Shown one piece after another: positions 37,955-49,182 of a DNA stretch of 64,000 nt (positions are counted from its first letter, which is position 1; each line of letters starts with the position of its first letter). Source of the stretch: an uncultured Actinomycetes bacterium (GTDB taxonomy: Bacteria; Actinomycetota; Acidimicrobiia; Acidimicrobiales; CADCSY01); contig CAVURO010000002.1 of the NCBI GenBank assembly GCA_963743945.1, positions 19,433 through 83,432 of the forward strand, in the 5' to 3' direction. The notes below the pieces were generated by a model, which did no database searches, was not told the DNA's origin, and saw only the letters and a program-made list of their open reading frames with translations. A program made the translations under genes and the position numbers.

Positions 37955-39049
37955 ATGGGAATTCGACCTGAACGAGTATCGGCAAGCACGAGTCGGAAGT
38001 TGGTGGCCGCCGGCGCTCTTGCCGCACTGACGTTCGCCGGGCTGGGAAGCATGGCTTTCGCCGTGGATGCCGAGTCGGATCCGTCCGTTTCGACGACGCC
38101 TCCTGCAGAGACGGAAGGCTCGATTCCCTCCGTCCCGGAGACGCCTCCTGCGGAGACGGAAGGCTCGATTCCCTCCGTCCCGGAGACGCTTCCTGCGGAG
38201 ACGGAAGGCTCGATTCCCTCCATTCCCACCTCGATTCCCCCGGTTCCCACCTCGGTGAGCATCCCTCCGGTCGTGCAGGACGGCACCATCGTCGTCGACA
38301 CGGTGCTCGGGACGATCTCGGCGTCGTGCACCTCGACCGGGAATGTCGCGCTCGAGCTTTCGAACCCCAAGATGGGGCTCGAGCCCGTCAAGCTCACGGT
38401 CGACGCCGGTGCGACCATCGGCCAGGTCTCTCAACTCGCCAAGACCTTCAACATCACCAATGGTGCGATCGAGGCGGCTCTGAGCAAGGTGACCGACTGC
38501 AACGTCATGCTGCCCGATGTGCTTGACGAGCCGTCGCAGCCCCCGGCATCTCCCGGAGGCATCTCCGGTACCCCCATGGCCGACATCGGTATCAACTGCC
38601 TGAGTGATGGCACCGTTGACGTGAAGCTGATCAACCCCACGTTGGTCCCACGGGTGTTCTCCGTCCTTGTCGGCGACGTCCAGGTTGCGAACCCGACGAT
38701 TCAGCCGGGCACGTCGCCCACGATCAAGATCGACATGGCCGAAGATGCGACGGCGGTCGTCACCGTTCAGGTTGGCGTCCTCGAGTTCGTCAACACCGTG
38801 GCGCTCGACTGTCTGGTTGACACGTCCCTCCCGTTGTCGCTGCTGTCCCTGTTCAACACTGCTGGAGGCCCGCCCGCTGTCCTCGGAACCTCGGTCGCCC
38901 CTGCGGTAGCTTCGGCAGGGACGCTCCCCCGCACCGGTGGCGACAACGGCTTGTTCATCGCAGCCGGTTTGGCGCTCGCAACGCTTGGCCTCTTTGCCGG
39001 GCGCGCAGCTCGCCAGGCAAAGGCTGTCGAAGCCGGCATCCTGAGCTGA
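37955..39049 (+). CDS. LPXTG-anchored secreted surface protein with tandem repeats
   Basis: Signal peptide (...GLGSMAFA), three PPAETEGSIPSVPE repeats, two related Cys-containing modules. C-terminal LPRTG plus hydrophobic segment plus RAARQAK tail. AAGGAGG precedes the ATG. Confidence 0.85.
   Translation: MGIRPERVSASTSRKLVAAGALAALTFAGLGSMAFAVDAESDPSVSTTPPAETEGSIPSVPETPPAETEGSIPSVPETLPAETEGSIPSIPTSIPPVPTSVSIPPVVQDGTIVVDTVLGTISASCTSTGNVALELSNPKMGLEPVKLTVDAGATIGQVSQLAKTFNITNGAIEAALSKVTDCNVMLPDVLDEPSQPPASPGGISGTPMADIGINCLSDGTVDVKLINPTLVPRVFSVLVGDVQVANPTIQPGTSPTIKIDMAEDATAVVTVQVGVLEFVNTVALDCLVDTSLPLSLLSLFNTAGGPPAVLGTSVAPAVASAGTLPRTGGDNGLFIAAGLALATLGLFAGRAARQAKAVEAGILS
38096..38230 (+). repeat. 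45-bp tandem repeat x3 (coding, 15-aa Pro/Glu/Thr/Ser-rich units)
   Basis: Units at 38096-38140, 38141-38185 and 38186-38230. The first two are near identical and the third diverges at its 3' end. Confidence 0.9.
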
Positions 39050-40465
<1,416 letters not shown>

Positions 40466-40481
40466 TGGCGCAACGGGTCTG

Positions 40482-41732
40482 ATGAGGGTCTGCGTTGTCG
40501 GCAGCGGTGGACGTGAGCACGCGTTGGCGGCGGTGCTGGCCCGAACCGCCGACTCGGTGGTGGTCAGTCCGGGGAACCCCGGTATTCCGGGCTCGGTGGC
40601 GACCCCGGCCGAGGAGATCGACGCAGACCTGTATGTGATCGGCCCCGAGGCGCCGCTCGTCGCCGGTCTGGCCGATCGTCTGCGGGCGAAGGGCAAGTTG
40701 GTCTTCGGACCCGGCGCCGACGGCGCGCAGCTCGAAGGTTCCAAGGCATGGATGAAGGGGCTTCTGGTCGAGGCAGGCGTCCCCACCGCTCGATACGGCA
40801 CCTTCACCAGCGTGGGGCCCGCACTGGCGTTTCTCCGTGGACTGGATGGCCTCTACGTGATCAAGACCGACGGGCTTGCCGCCGGGAAGGGTGTCCTCGT
40901 CACCTCCGACGCCGAGGAGGCAGCGGACGACGTGGCCGAGAAGTTGTCGGGAAACGCCTTCGGCGAAGCCGGCCGCAGGATCGTCATCGAAGAGGGCCTC
41001 AGTGGTCCCGAGCTCTCGGTCCTCGCCGTGTGCGACGGCACCCGGGCCGTCGCCCTTACGCCCGCCCAGGATCACAAGCGTCTCGGCGACGGCGACACCG
41101 GCCCCAACACGGGGGGGATGGGCGCCTATGCCCCGGTTCCGTTTGCGCCGTCGCGTCTGGTCGACGAGGTCCTCGATCGGGCGGTGCTGCCGACGTTGCA
41201 CGCGCTGTCCCGTGCGGGCATCGACTACCGAGGGGTGCTGTACGCCGGTTTGATGCTGACCCCGCAGGGTCTCAAGGTGCTCGAGTACAACGTGCGTTTC
41301 GGCGACCCGGAAGCCCAGGTCGTGCTGCCTTTGCTGTCGAGCGATCTTGTCACCCTTCTGGCCGAGGCGGCGGCAGGCCGGGTCGTGGAGCAACCCACGT
41401 TCGCCGAGGAGGCCGCGGTAACCGTCGTGTGCGCCGCATCGGGTTACCCCGTTGCCCCACGGGTCGGCGACCCCATCGTCGGCATCGATGCGGCCAACGA
41501 TCTCGTGGGTGTCAAGGTGTTCTGTGCAGGAGTGGGCGCGGATGCGGAAGGTCGGCTCGTGACCGCGGGGGGTCGGGTGCTCGGTGTCACGGCGGTGGCT
41601 GCGACCCTCGATGAAGCCCGCGTGAGTGCCTACCGAGGTGTGGCGCGCGTGGCGTTCGACGGTATGACGTATCGCCATGACATCGCGCTCGGTGGGTTGA
41701 CGCCGACCCCCGACGAGGAGAGAGAGCCATGA
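40482..41732 (+). CDS. purD: Phosphoribosylamine-glycine ligase
   Basis: MRVCVVGSGGREHALA, ATP-grasp core, GDTGPNTGGMGAY. Confidence 0.96.
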   Translation: MRVCVVGSGGREHALAAVLARTADSVVVSPGNPGIPGSVATPAEEIDADLYVIGPEAPLVAGLADRLRAKGKLVFGPGADGAQLEGSKAWMKGLLVEAGVPTARYGTFTSVGPALAFLRGLDGLYVIKTDGLAAGKGVLVTSDAEEAADDVAEKLSGNAFGEAGRRIVIEEGLSGPELSVLAVCDGTRAVALTPAQDHKRLGDGDTGPNTGGMGAYAPVPFAPSRLVDEVLDRAVLPTLHALSRAGIDYRGVLYAGLMLTPQGLKVLEYNVRFGDPEAQVVLPLLSSDLVTLLAEAAAGRVVEQPTFAEEAAVTVVCAASGYPVAPRVGDPIVGIDAANDLVGVKVFCAGVGADAEGRLVTAGGRVLGVTAVAATLDEARVSAYRGVARVAFDGMTYRHDIALGGLTPTPDEEREP

Positions 41733-43033
41733 TCCCCCGATATTCCCTGCCGGCGATGGCGGTGTTGTTCACGGATCAAGCCCGTCTCGGTCGTTGGCTC
41801 GAGGTCGAGGTGTTGGCAACCGAGGCATGGGCCCGGCTCGGCGTGGTTCCCGAGGAGGACGCCCGAGCGGTGCGTGGACGAGCACCGGTTGTCGATGCGG
41901 ACTTCGTCGCACGGGTCGACGAGCGTGAACGGGTGACCGACCACGACGTGGCGGCCTTTGTCGATGTCGTCCAGGATGCCGTGGGGCCACCGGCCGGCAA
42001 GTGGGTCCACTACGGCCTCACCTCGAGCGATGTGGTCGATACCGCGCTGTCGATGGGGCTGGCCGCAGCAGGAGACCTGCTGATCGAGGCATCCTCGGCC
42101 TTGGTGGCGGTGCTCAAGGCCCGAGCGATCGAGTTCCGCTCCACACCCATGGTGGGTCGCACGCATGGCATTCACGCCGAGCCCACGACCTTTGGCGCCA
42201 AGTTGGCCCTGTGGTGTCTCCAGGCCGACCGCGACCGCGACCGCCTTCGTCGGGCGCGGGCAGCGGTGGCGGTGGGGAAGCTGTCGGGAGCGGTTGGCAC
42301 CTACTCCAACATCGACCCGACCATCGAGACCGATGTCTGTCGGGCGCTCCATCTGACGCCCGTGCCCGCCACCCAGGTCATCGCTCGCGACCGCCACGCG
42401 GAGTATCTCTACGCCTGTGCGAGCGTGGGCGCCACGGTCGAGTTGATCGCAACGGAGATCCGTCATCTGCAGCGCACCGAGGTGGGCGAGGCAGAAGAGG
42501 GGTTCAAGCCCGGACAGAAGGGCTCCTCGGCGATGCCGCACAAGCGCAACCCGATCAAGTCCGAACAACTGTCGGGCCTTGCTCGGGTTCTGCGTGGCAA
42601 CCTGCATGCGGGTCTGGAGGATGTGGCGCTGTGGCACGAGCGCGACATCTCGCACAGCTCGGTTGAGCGAATCATCCTGCCCGATTCCTCCCTGCTGGCG
42701 TACTACGTGCTGGTCCGTGGCTGCGAGCTCATCGAGCGATTGGTCGTCAAACAGGACCGCATGATCGAGAACCTCGAGCGTTCACACGGACTGGTCTTCA
42801 GCCAGCCCGTTCTGTTGGCACTGGTTGCCGGGGGCCTGACGCGGGACGATGCGTACCGCATCGTGCAGGACAACGCCATGCGGGCCTGGGCCGGGCGGGT
42901 GTCCTTTCGAGCCCTTCTCGAGGCCGATGAGCGAGTCACGGTGGCATCCCACCTGCTCGATGGAGCCTTCGACCTCGACCGCTCGCTGCGCCATGCCGGT
43001 CGAGTCTTCGATGCGCTCGAATCGGTGGATTGA
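41729..43033 (+). CDS. purB: Adenylosuccinate lyase
   Basis: MIPRYS N-terminus and fumarate-lyase signature GSSAMPHKRNP. Confidence 0.96.
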   Translation: MIPRYSLPAMAVLFTDQARLGRWLEVEVLATEAWARLGVVPEEDARAVRGRAPVVDADFVARVDERERVTDHDVAAFVDVVQDAVGPPAGKWVHYGLTSSDVVDTALSMGLAAAGDLLIEASSALVAVLKARAIEFRSTPMVGRTHGIHAEPTTFGAKLALWCLQADRDRDRLRRARAAVAVGKLSGAVGTYSNIDPTIETDVCRALHLTPVPATQVIARDRHAEYLYACASVGATVELIATEIRHLQRTEVGEAEEGFKPGQKGSSAMPHKRNPIKSEQLSGLARVLRGNLHAGLEDVALWHERDISHSSVERIILPDSSLLAYYVLVRGCELIERLVVKQDRMIENLERSHGLVFSQPVLLALVAGGLTRDDAYRIVQDNAMRAWAGRVSFRALLEADERVTVASHLLDGAFDLDRSLRHAGRVFDALESVD

Positions 43034-43036
43034 AAG

Positions 43037-43954
43037 GTGGACGTTTCGGATCGGATCGGGCTTCCCCATCGTTATTCGGGCAAGGTCCGTGACATCTACG
43101 AGGTGGGCGACGGTCTGTTGCTGCTGGTGACCTCCGACCGAATCAGCGCCTTCGACGTGGTGATGGCCGAACCCGTTCCCGACAAGGGCCGGGTGCTGAC
43201 CGCCATGACCGCCTTCTGGTCGACCCACCTGGCCTCGGTTGCCCCGAGCCATCTGGTCTCCACCGATCTGGCCGATCTTCCCGCCTCCTGTCGCCTTCCC
43301 GGGCTGGTCGGACGAGCCATGCTGTGTCGTGAGGTGGCGATGCTGCCCATCGAATGCATCGTGCGTGGCTACCTGTCCGGCTCGGCCTGGAAGGAATACC
43401 GGGATCACGGCACCGTACACGGGATGGCGATGCAGGCGGGAATGGTTCAATCCGCCCGTCTCGACGAGCCGTTGTTCACGCCGTCGACCAAGGCGGACTC
43501 GGGTCATGACGTCAACATCTCCCTCGCCGATGCCGCCAACCTGGTGGGGAGGGACCTCGCGGCTCGAGCAGCGGAGATCTCCCTGGAGCTCTATCGGCAG
43601 GGCTCCGCGTGGGCTGCCGAGCGAGGCATCATCGTTGCCGACACGAAGTTCGAGCTCGGTCTGCTCGATGGCGAGCTGGTGGTCGCCGATGAGCTGCTGA
43701 CCCCCGATTCATCACGGTTCTGGCCGGCTGACGCATGGGAGCCGGGGACGGTTCCGCCATCATTCGACAAGCAGCCGTTGCGTGATTATCTCGATGCGCT
43801 CGACTGGGACAAGTCCCCGCCACCTCCGCCGCTGCCTGCCGAGGTGGTCGTGGCAAGTCGTTCGCGCTACGTCGAGGCCTATGAGCGGATCACCGGTTTG
43901 TCCTTTGCCGACTGGCCCGGGGTTCAGGGCATGGCCTCCAATGTGGAATCCTGA
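43037..43954 (+). CDS. purC: SAICAR synthetase
   Basis: YSGKVRDIY...LLLVTSDRISAFDVVM...ADTKFELG. Confidence 0.95.
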   Translation: MDVSDRIGLPHRYSGKVRDIYEVGDGLLLLVTSDRISAFDVVMAEPVPDKGRVLTAMTAFWSTHLASVAPSHLVSTDLADLPASCRLPGLVGRAMLCREVAMLPIECIVRGYLSGSAWKEYRDHGTVHGMAMQAGMVQSARLDEPLFTPSTKADSGHDVNISLADAANLVGRDLAARAAEISLELYRQGSAWAAERGIIVADTKFELGLLDGELVVADELLTPDSSRFWPADAWEPGTVPPSFDKQPLRDYLDALDWDKSPPPPPLPAEVVVASRSRYVEAYERITGLSFADWPGVQGMASNVES

Positions 43955-43958
43955 AGAG

Positions 43959-44234
43959 GTGACGTCCTACAACGTGTTGGTCGAGGTCCATCTGCGTCCT
44001 GGCATTGCCGATCCCCAGGGAGCCACGATTGAGCGTTCGCTCGCGACGTTGGGATTCCCCGGGGTGAGCAATGTACGTATGGGCAAGGCCATCGTCTTCA
44101 CCCTGGAGGCCGAGAGTGAAACGGCCGCGACGGCCGAGGTTGACGAGCTGTGCCGGCGCTTTCTGATCAATCCCGTGATCGAGGATGCGGTCATCTCGGT
44201 GACCGAGGCGGCCCGGGCGGCATCCGGCCGGTGA
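43959..44234 (+). CDS. purS: FGAM synthase subunit PurS
   Basis: VLVEVHLRPGIADPQGATIERSL is the typical PurS fold. Start is GTG 43959 or ATG 43941. Confidence 0.88.
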   Translation: MTSYNVLVEVHLRPGIADPQGATIERSLATLGFPGVSNVRMGKAIVFTLEAESETAATAEVDELCRRFLINPVIEDAVISVTEAARAASGR

Positions 44235-44905
44235 GCACACGAATCGGAGTCGTGCTCTTTCCGGGGTCGAATTGTGAGCTCGACGTGCAGGAGGTGGCCC
44301 GTGAAGCCGGTCAGGAGACGACCGTTCTTTGGCACGGTGACTGCACCGTGGCCGGGGTTGATGCCGTTGTCATTCCGGGTGGATTTGCCCATGGCGACTA
44401 TCTCAGACCTGGGGCGATCGCCCGATTTTCCCCGGTCATGAAGGCTATCGAGGAATTTGCGGCAGCGGGTGGGCCTGTGGTGGGCATTTGCAACGGCTTT
44501 CAGGTCTTGACCGAAGCGGGTTTGCTCCCAGGCGCACTACAAAAGAACCGTGGATTGCGCTTCCTCTGCTCGACGGTGGAGGTTCGGGTCGAGTCAACGG
44601 ATTCCGTGCTGACCAATGGTGCCGAGTCGGGTGCAACCCTGCGCCTTCCCGTCAATCATTTCGAGGGGAACTACACGTGCTCAGCAGAGACGCTGGCGCT
44701 GCTGCGGAGCGAAGATCGCGTTGTCCTGCGGTATGTCGACAATCCCAATGGCTCCATGGACGACATAGCCGGCATCTGCTCCCAGGAGCGCAACATCGTT
44801 GGACTGATGCCGCACCCGGAGCGGGCGTCGAGCTCGCTGCTCGGTTCCCAGGACGGCCTGGTTCTGCTCCGATCGCTGTACCGCAGTATCAGCCGGTCTT
44901 CGTGA
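44231..44905 (+). CDS. purQ: FGAM synthase glutaminase subunit PurQ
   Basis: RIGVVLFPGSNCE..., nucleophile elbow GICNGFQ, C-terminal MPHPER. GTGA overlap with purS. Confidence 0.95.
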   Translation: MSTRIGVVLFPGSNCELDVQEVAREAGQETTVLWHGDCTVAGVDAVVIPGGFAHGDYLRPGAIARFSPVMKAIEEFAAAGGPVVGICNGFQVLTEAGLLPGALQKNRGLRFLCSTVEVRVESTDSVLTNGAESGATLRLPVNHFEGNYTCSAETLALLRSEDRVVLRYVDNPNGSMDDIAGICSQERNIVGLMPHPERASSSLLGSQDGLVLLRSLYRSISRSS

Positions 44906-45302
44906 TACCGGCTTTCTGCAGCACCGCTCGCGGCACGCCGAGTTCCCGCCACGTCGCATAGTCGATTCCCTTGCGCTGTCCGTACGTCTTGGCAACGGCG
45001 ACGAAATCGCTCTCGATGGCCGCGATGTCCACCGTTGACTCTGCCCCGGCCATTGCGGCGTTCAGGTCGGTGCGTTCCTGAATGAGGTGCAGTCTTGTCA
45101 AGGGATCGGCCGTGGACAGAGCGGCTTCAATAGCCGTGAGACGTTGCGCCATGTTCTCTGGACTCCGCCTGCGTCCTCGTCTGGGTTTGTTTCCCTCAAG
45201 GGCCTCAAGATAGAGGCGAACACTTCGATTTTGCTCGCGACCTTCAGCGATTGCAGCCTTGTGTTCATCGGTCATTGATTTTGGTCCACGTTTTGCTGGC
45301 AT
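44889..45302 (-). CDS. Hypothetical basic protein, antisense-oriented insert between purQ and purL
   Basis: 137-aa ORF rich in Lys/Arg (KPRRGRRRSP). No family recognised by eye. Its 5' part and upstream region are visibly AT-richer than the surroundings. The 3' end overlaps the purQ stop by 17 nt. Confidence 0.55.
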   Translation of the reverse strand: MPAKRGPKSMTDEHKAAIAEGREQNRSVRLYLEALEGNKPRRGRRRSPENMAQRLTAIEAALSTADPLTRLHLIQERTDLNAAMAGAESTVDIAAIESDFVAVAKTYGQRKGIDYATWRELGVPRAVLQKAGITKTG

Positions 45303-45391
45303 AAGGAATAAGTCAACAAGATGATTTCAAGAAATGCAACTGAGCGTGGCGGAATGATTTGAGTGTTCCCTCCTCCGATAGCCTGTCACCC

Positions 45392-47593
45392 ATGGACGTT
45401 CCCCTCCATCGATCCCTGGGCCTGACCGACGATGAGGCCGCGGACATCGTTCGGATCCTCGGGCGGGAGCCGAATCACCTCGAGCTGGCCATGTACGCCG
45501 TCATGTGGTCGGAGCACTGCTCGTACAAGTCGTCTCGCATCCATCTGAGGCGATTGCCGACCGAGGCGCCGTGGGTGTTGGTGGGGCCCGGCGAGAATGC
45601 CGGCGTGGTCGATGTCGGTGACGACATCGCCGCGGCCATTCGAATCGAGAGTCACAACCATCCCTCGGCGATCGAGCCCTATCAGGGCGCCGCAACCGGC
45701 GTGGGCGGCATCCTGCGGGACATCTTCACCATGGGTGCACGACCGATCGCCCTGATGGACCCGCTCCGTTTCGGTCCGCTCGACGATGCCCGCAGCCGTT
45801 GGATTCTGGAAGGTGTCGTCAGCGGGATCTCCGGATACGGGAATTCGGTGGGCGTCCCGACGGTGGGCGGGGAGGTCGTCTGTGACGAGACCTATGCGGA
45901 GAACCCGCTGGTCAACGTGTTGTGCCTCGGTCTGCTCCCGACCGATCGACTGGTGTTGGGACAGGCTTCCGGCGTCGGCAATCTGGCCGTTCTGCTGGGT
46001 TCGGCGACCGGACGTGACGGCATCGGCGGGGTGAGCGTGCTGGCCTCGGCGGGTTTCGGTGACGAGGCGACCGAGCAGGCCAAGCGACCCAGCGTGCAGG
46101 TGGGTGATCCCTTCGAGGAGAAGCGTCTCATCGAGGCGTGTCTGACGCTGCTCAACGCGAAGCTGGTTGTCGGCATCCAGGATCTGGGTGGCGCAGGCCT
46201 CACCTGCGCGACGAGTGAGACGGCGAGCCGTGGCGGGGTCGGCATGGATGTCGACGTGTCCGCCGTGCCCCTGCGTGAACGAGGGATGGAACCGTTCGAG
46301 ACCATGACCAGTGAGAGCCAGGAACGCATGTTGGCCATCGTGACCCCCGATGACCTCGACGCCGTCCTGGCCATCTGTGAGCGGTGGGAAGTTCGTGCCA
46401 CGGTGATCGGCAAGGTGACCGAGGGCGGGCGGCTCCGCATCCTCGACGGATTCGCCGGCAAGGTGCTCGCTGACGTTCCTGCGTCGTCGTTGCACGATGC
46501 GGCGCCCTTGTACGACCGGCCGCTGCGTCCCGCGGAACCGGTGCAGGCCATCCGTGATCAGGTCGATCCGGTCGATCCGGGCGGTGATCTGCTGGCCATG
46601 CTCATGGACACCACATGGGTGTCGAGCCAGTACGACCACCAACTCTTCCTCAACACGGTCGAGGGACCCGGTGGCGACGCGGTGGTCCTTCGCCTCAAGC
46701 ATCCCGAGACGGGCGTCGACACAGGTCGGGGACTCGCCCTCACCACGGACGGCAACCATCGCTGGTGCGCGGTCGACCCTCGAGGGGGCACGGCGATGGT
46801 GGTGTCGGAGGCACTGTTGAACCTGGCCTGCGTCGGGGCTCGACCGGTTGCTCTGGTGAACTGTCTGAACTTCGGCAATCCCGAGCACCCCGAGGTGATG
46901 TGGCAGTTGTCGGAGGCGATCGACGGCATGGCCGAGGCCTGCCTGGCGTTCGACACGCCTGTGGTCGGTGGAAACGTGAGCCTCTACAACGAGAGCCGGG
47001 GCCGTGACATCGACCCGACGCCGGTCGTGGGTCTGCTCGGCGTGATCGATCGCCTGGATCGACCCCCGCCCGGGGTTGTCTGGTCGGAGGGCGACGAGGT
47101 CGTGCTGATCGGTCCGAGAACGGCAGCGCTCGGTGCCTCTCGCTGGGCAGCGCTTCATCACGGGCACGGTCGACCCGTGGGTCCGCTGCCTGACCTCGAT
47201 CTCGTCCTGCATCGTGTGGTGGCACGCACGACCCGGGCGTTGGTGGTGGACGACCTGTTGGAGGGCATCCACGATGTGGCTGATGGCGGCCTGGCCGTGA
47301 CGCTCGGCGAGATGGTTGCCCGATCCGGTTGTGGGGCACGACTCTCGGGCATGGCCGGCTTCGACGAGTTGTTTGCCGAGGGCGGTTCTCGCTTGGTCGC
47401 AGCGGTCGCGTCGGCGAACCTCGAAGAAGTCGAACGGCGCTGCGCCGGCGCCGGCGTTCCCCTGACGGTTCTGGGTCGAGCGGGGGGATCTCGCCTGGTC
47501 GTGGACGACCTCTTGGATCTGGAGGTCTCGGCCGTGGCGGCGGCCTGGCGCGGGACCCTTCCCGAAGCGCTCGCTGCCGGTGCGACGCATTGA
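45392..47593 (+). CDS. purL: FGAM synthase subunit PurL
   Basis: LGLTDDEAADIVRILGREPNHLELAMYAVMWSEHCSYKSS. Alternative TTG start at 45359. Confidence 0.95.
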   Translation: MDVPLHRSLGLTDDEAADIVRILGREPNHLELAMYAVMWSEHCSYKSSRIHLRRLPTEAPWVLVGPGENAGVVDVGDDIAAAIRIESHNHPSAIEPYQGAATGVGGILRDIFTMGARPIALMDPLRFGPLDDARSRWILEGVVSGISGYGNSVGVPTVGGEVVCDETYAENPLVNVLCLGLLPTDRLVLGQASGVGNLAVLLGSATGRDGIGGVSVLASAGFGDEATEQAKRPSVQVGDPFEEKRLIEACLTLLNAKLVVGIQDLGGAGLTCATSETASRGGVGMDVDVSAVPLRERGMEPFETMTSESQERMLAIVTPDDLDAVLAICERWEVRATVIGKVTEGGRLRILDGFAGKVLADVPASSLHDAAPLYDRPLRPAEPVQAIRDQVDPVDPGGDLLAMLMDTTWVSSQYDHQLFLNTVEGPGGDAVVLRLKHPETGVDTGRGLALTTDGNHRWCAVDPRGGTAMVVSEALLNLACVGARPVALVNCLNFGNPEHPEVMWQLSEAIDGMAEACLAFDTPVVGGNVSLYNESRGRDIDPTPVVGLLGVIDRLDRPPPGVVWSEGDEVVLIGPRTAALGASRWAALHHGHGRPVGPLPDLDLVLHRVVARTTRALVVDDLLEGIHDVADGGLAVTLGEMVARSGCGARLSGMAGFDELFAEGGSRLVAAVASANLEEVERRCAGAGVPLTVLGRAGGSRLVVDDLLDLEVSAVAAAWRGTLPEALAAGATH

Positions 47594-47619
47594 CGCGAGA
47601 ACCGCATGGCCGTGGCACG

Positions 47620-49182
47620 ATGGGTCCTGTGATCGACACCGATGACGACACGCCGAAAGAGGCCTGCGGCGTCTTTGGGGTCTATGCCCCCGGCCGGCCT
47701 GTTGCGCAGCTGAGCTTTCTCGGGCTGTGCGCCCTGCAGCACCGGGGACAGGAATCCGCGGGCATGGCCGTGAGCGATGGCAAGGCCATCATCATCGACA
47801 AGGACATGGGTCTCGTCACGAACGTGTTCAGTGAGCGCAGGCTTGCGCCGTTGGTCGGACACCTTGCCATCGGCCACACCCGCTACTCCACCACCGGTTC
47901 GAGCACGTGGCGCAACGCCCAGCCCGTCTATCGGGACATCGGCGACGCGCAGTTTGCCCTGGGTCACAACGGCAACCTCGTCAACACCCAGGCGTTGGCG
48001 GACGAGGCGGGCATGCTCGAGGGCACCGTTGCCAGCGACAGCGACCTGGTTGCCGAGTTGCTCGCTGCCGAGATGAAGGCCGATGGGGGCGAGCGCAGTG
48101 ACGGACGGGACCTCGAGAAGGCGCTGATGCGTGTGCTCCCCCGCCTGGAGGGGGCCTTCTCGTTCGTGCTGATCGACGAGGGCCACCTGGTCGGAGTCAG
48201 AGACCCGAACGGCTTTCGGCCGCTTTGCCTGGGCAAGCTCGACGGTGGTTGGGTGCTTGCCTCGGAGACCCCCGCACTCGATGTCGTCGGCGCCCACTTC
48301 GTGCGGGAGATCGAGCCCGGTGAGATGGTGGTCATCGACGCAAACGGGTATCGGTCCCTGCGTCCGTTCAGTCCCGAAAAGATTCAGCCCACCTTGTGCC
48401 TGTTCGAGTTCGTGTACTTCTCGCGTCCCGACAGCCGGCTGTACAACCAGAACGTGCATCTCGCCCGTCAACGCATGGGCGAACAACTCGCGGTGCAGGC
48501 CCCGCTGCCGCCCCCGCGTCAGCCAGGAGCGGAACCGGGAACCACAGGTGGGCCGGCGGGGGCGCAGAGCGACGCGATGGTCATGCCGGTACCGGAGTCG
48601 GGTATCCCGGCGGCCCAGGGCTTTGCCCGGGCATCGGGCATCCCGTACGGCGATGGACTCGTCAAGAACCGCTACATCGGGCGCACCTTCATCGCCCCGA
48701 ACCAGGAGCTGCGCAACCTCGGGGTGCGCATGAAGCTGAATCCGTTGCATGAGAACATCGAGGGCAAGCGCCTCGTGGTTGTCGACGATTCGATCGTTCG
48801 GGGAACCACGTCGCGGGCACTGGTGCGCATGTTGCGAGAAGCCGGCGCGGCCGAGGTTCATCTCCGCATCATGTCGCCCCCCTACCGCTGGCCCTGCTAC
48901 TACGGGATGGACACCGGGGACCGTTCCGAGTTGATCGCGGCAAACCTCACGGTCGACGAGATCCGGGACTACCTCGGTGTTGACTCCCTGGCCTATCTCA
49001 CGCTCGATCGCCTCCTGGAGGCGACCGGAGCGGTTGGGGCGGGGTTCTGTTCGGCCTGTCTCAGCGGCGAATACCCCGTGGGTGTACCGGTCACCCTGCA
49101 CAAGGGGGTGCTCGAAGGGCATGGAGATGGCGTGTCGCCCCCACCGCGACGTGAGTCGTTGGGAGTTCCACCCGTTGGGTGA
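47620..49182 (+). CDS. purF: Amidophosphoribosyltransferase
   Basis: Mature N-terminal CGVFGV nucleophile, PRTase motif VVVDDSIVRGTT, Fe-S Cys residues near the C-terminus. Confidence 0.95.
   Translation: MGPVIDTDDDTPKEACGVFGVYAPGRPVAQLSFLGLCALQHRGQESAGMAVSDGKAIIIDKDMGLVTNVFSERRLAPLVGHLAIGHTRYSTTGSSTWRNAQPVYRDIGDAQFALGHNGNLVNTQALADEAGMLEGTVASDSDLVAELLAAEMKADGGERSDGRDLEKALMRVLPRLEGAFSFVLIDEGHLVGVRDPNGFRPLCLGKLDGGWVLASETPALDVVGAHFVREIEPGEMVVIDANGYRSLRPFSPEKIQPTLCLFEFVYFSRPDSRLYNQNVHLARQRMGEQLAVQAPLPPPRQPGAEPGTTGGPAGAQSDAMVMPVPESGIPAAQGFARASGIPYGDGLVKNRYIGRTFIAPNQELRNLGVRMKLNPLHENIEGKRLVVVDDSIVRGTTSRALVRMLREAGAAEVHLRIMSPPYRWPCYYGMDTGDRSELIAANLTVDEIRDYLGVDSLAYLTLDRLLEATGAVGAGFCSACLSGEYPVGVPVTLHKGVLEGHGDGVSPPPRRESLGVPPVG

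Noticed and set aside
38096-38230. Regularly spaced 45-bp repeats, considered as a possible CRISPR-like array.
   Set aside because: The units are directly adjacent with no spacers. They are in frame inside a secreted-protein ORF and encode a Pro/Glu/Ser/Thr stalk. This is a coding tandem repeat.
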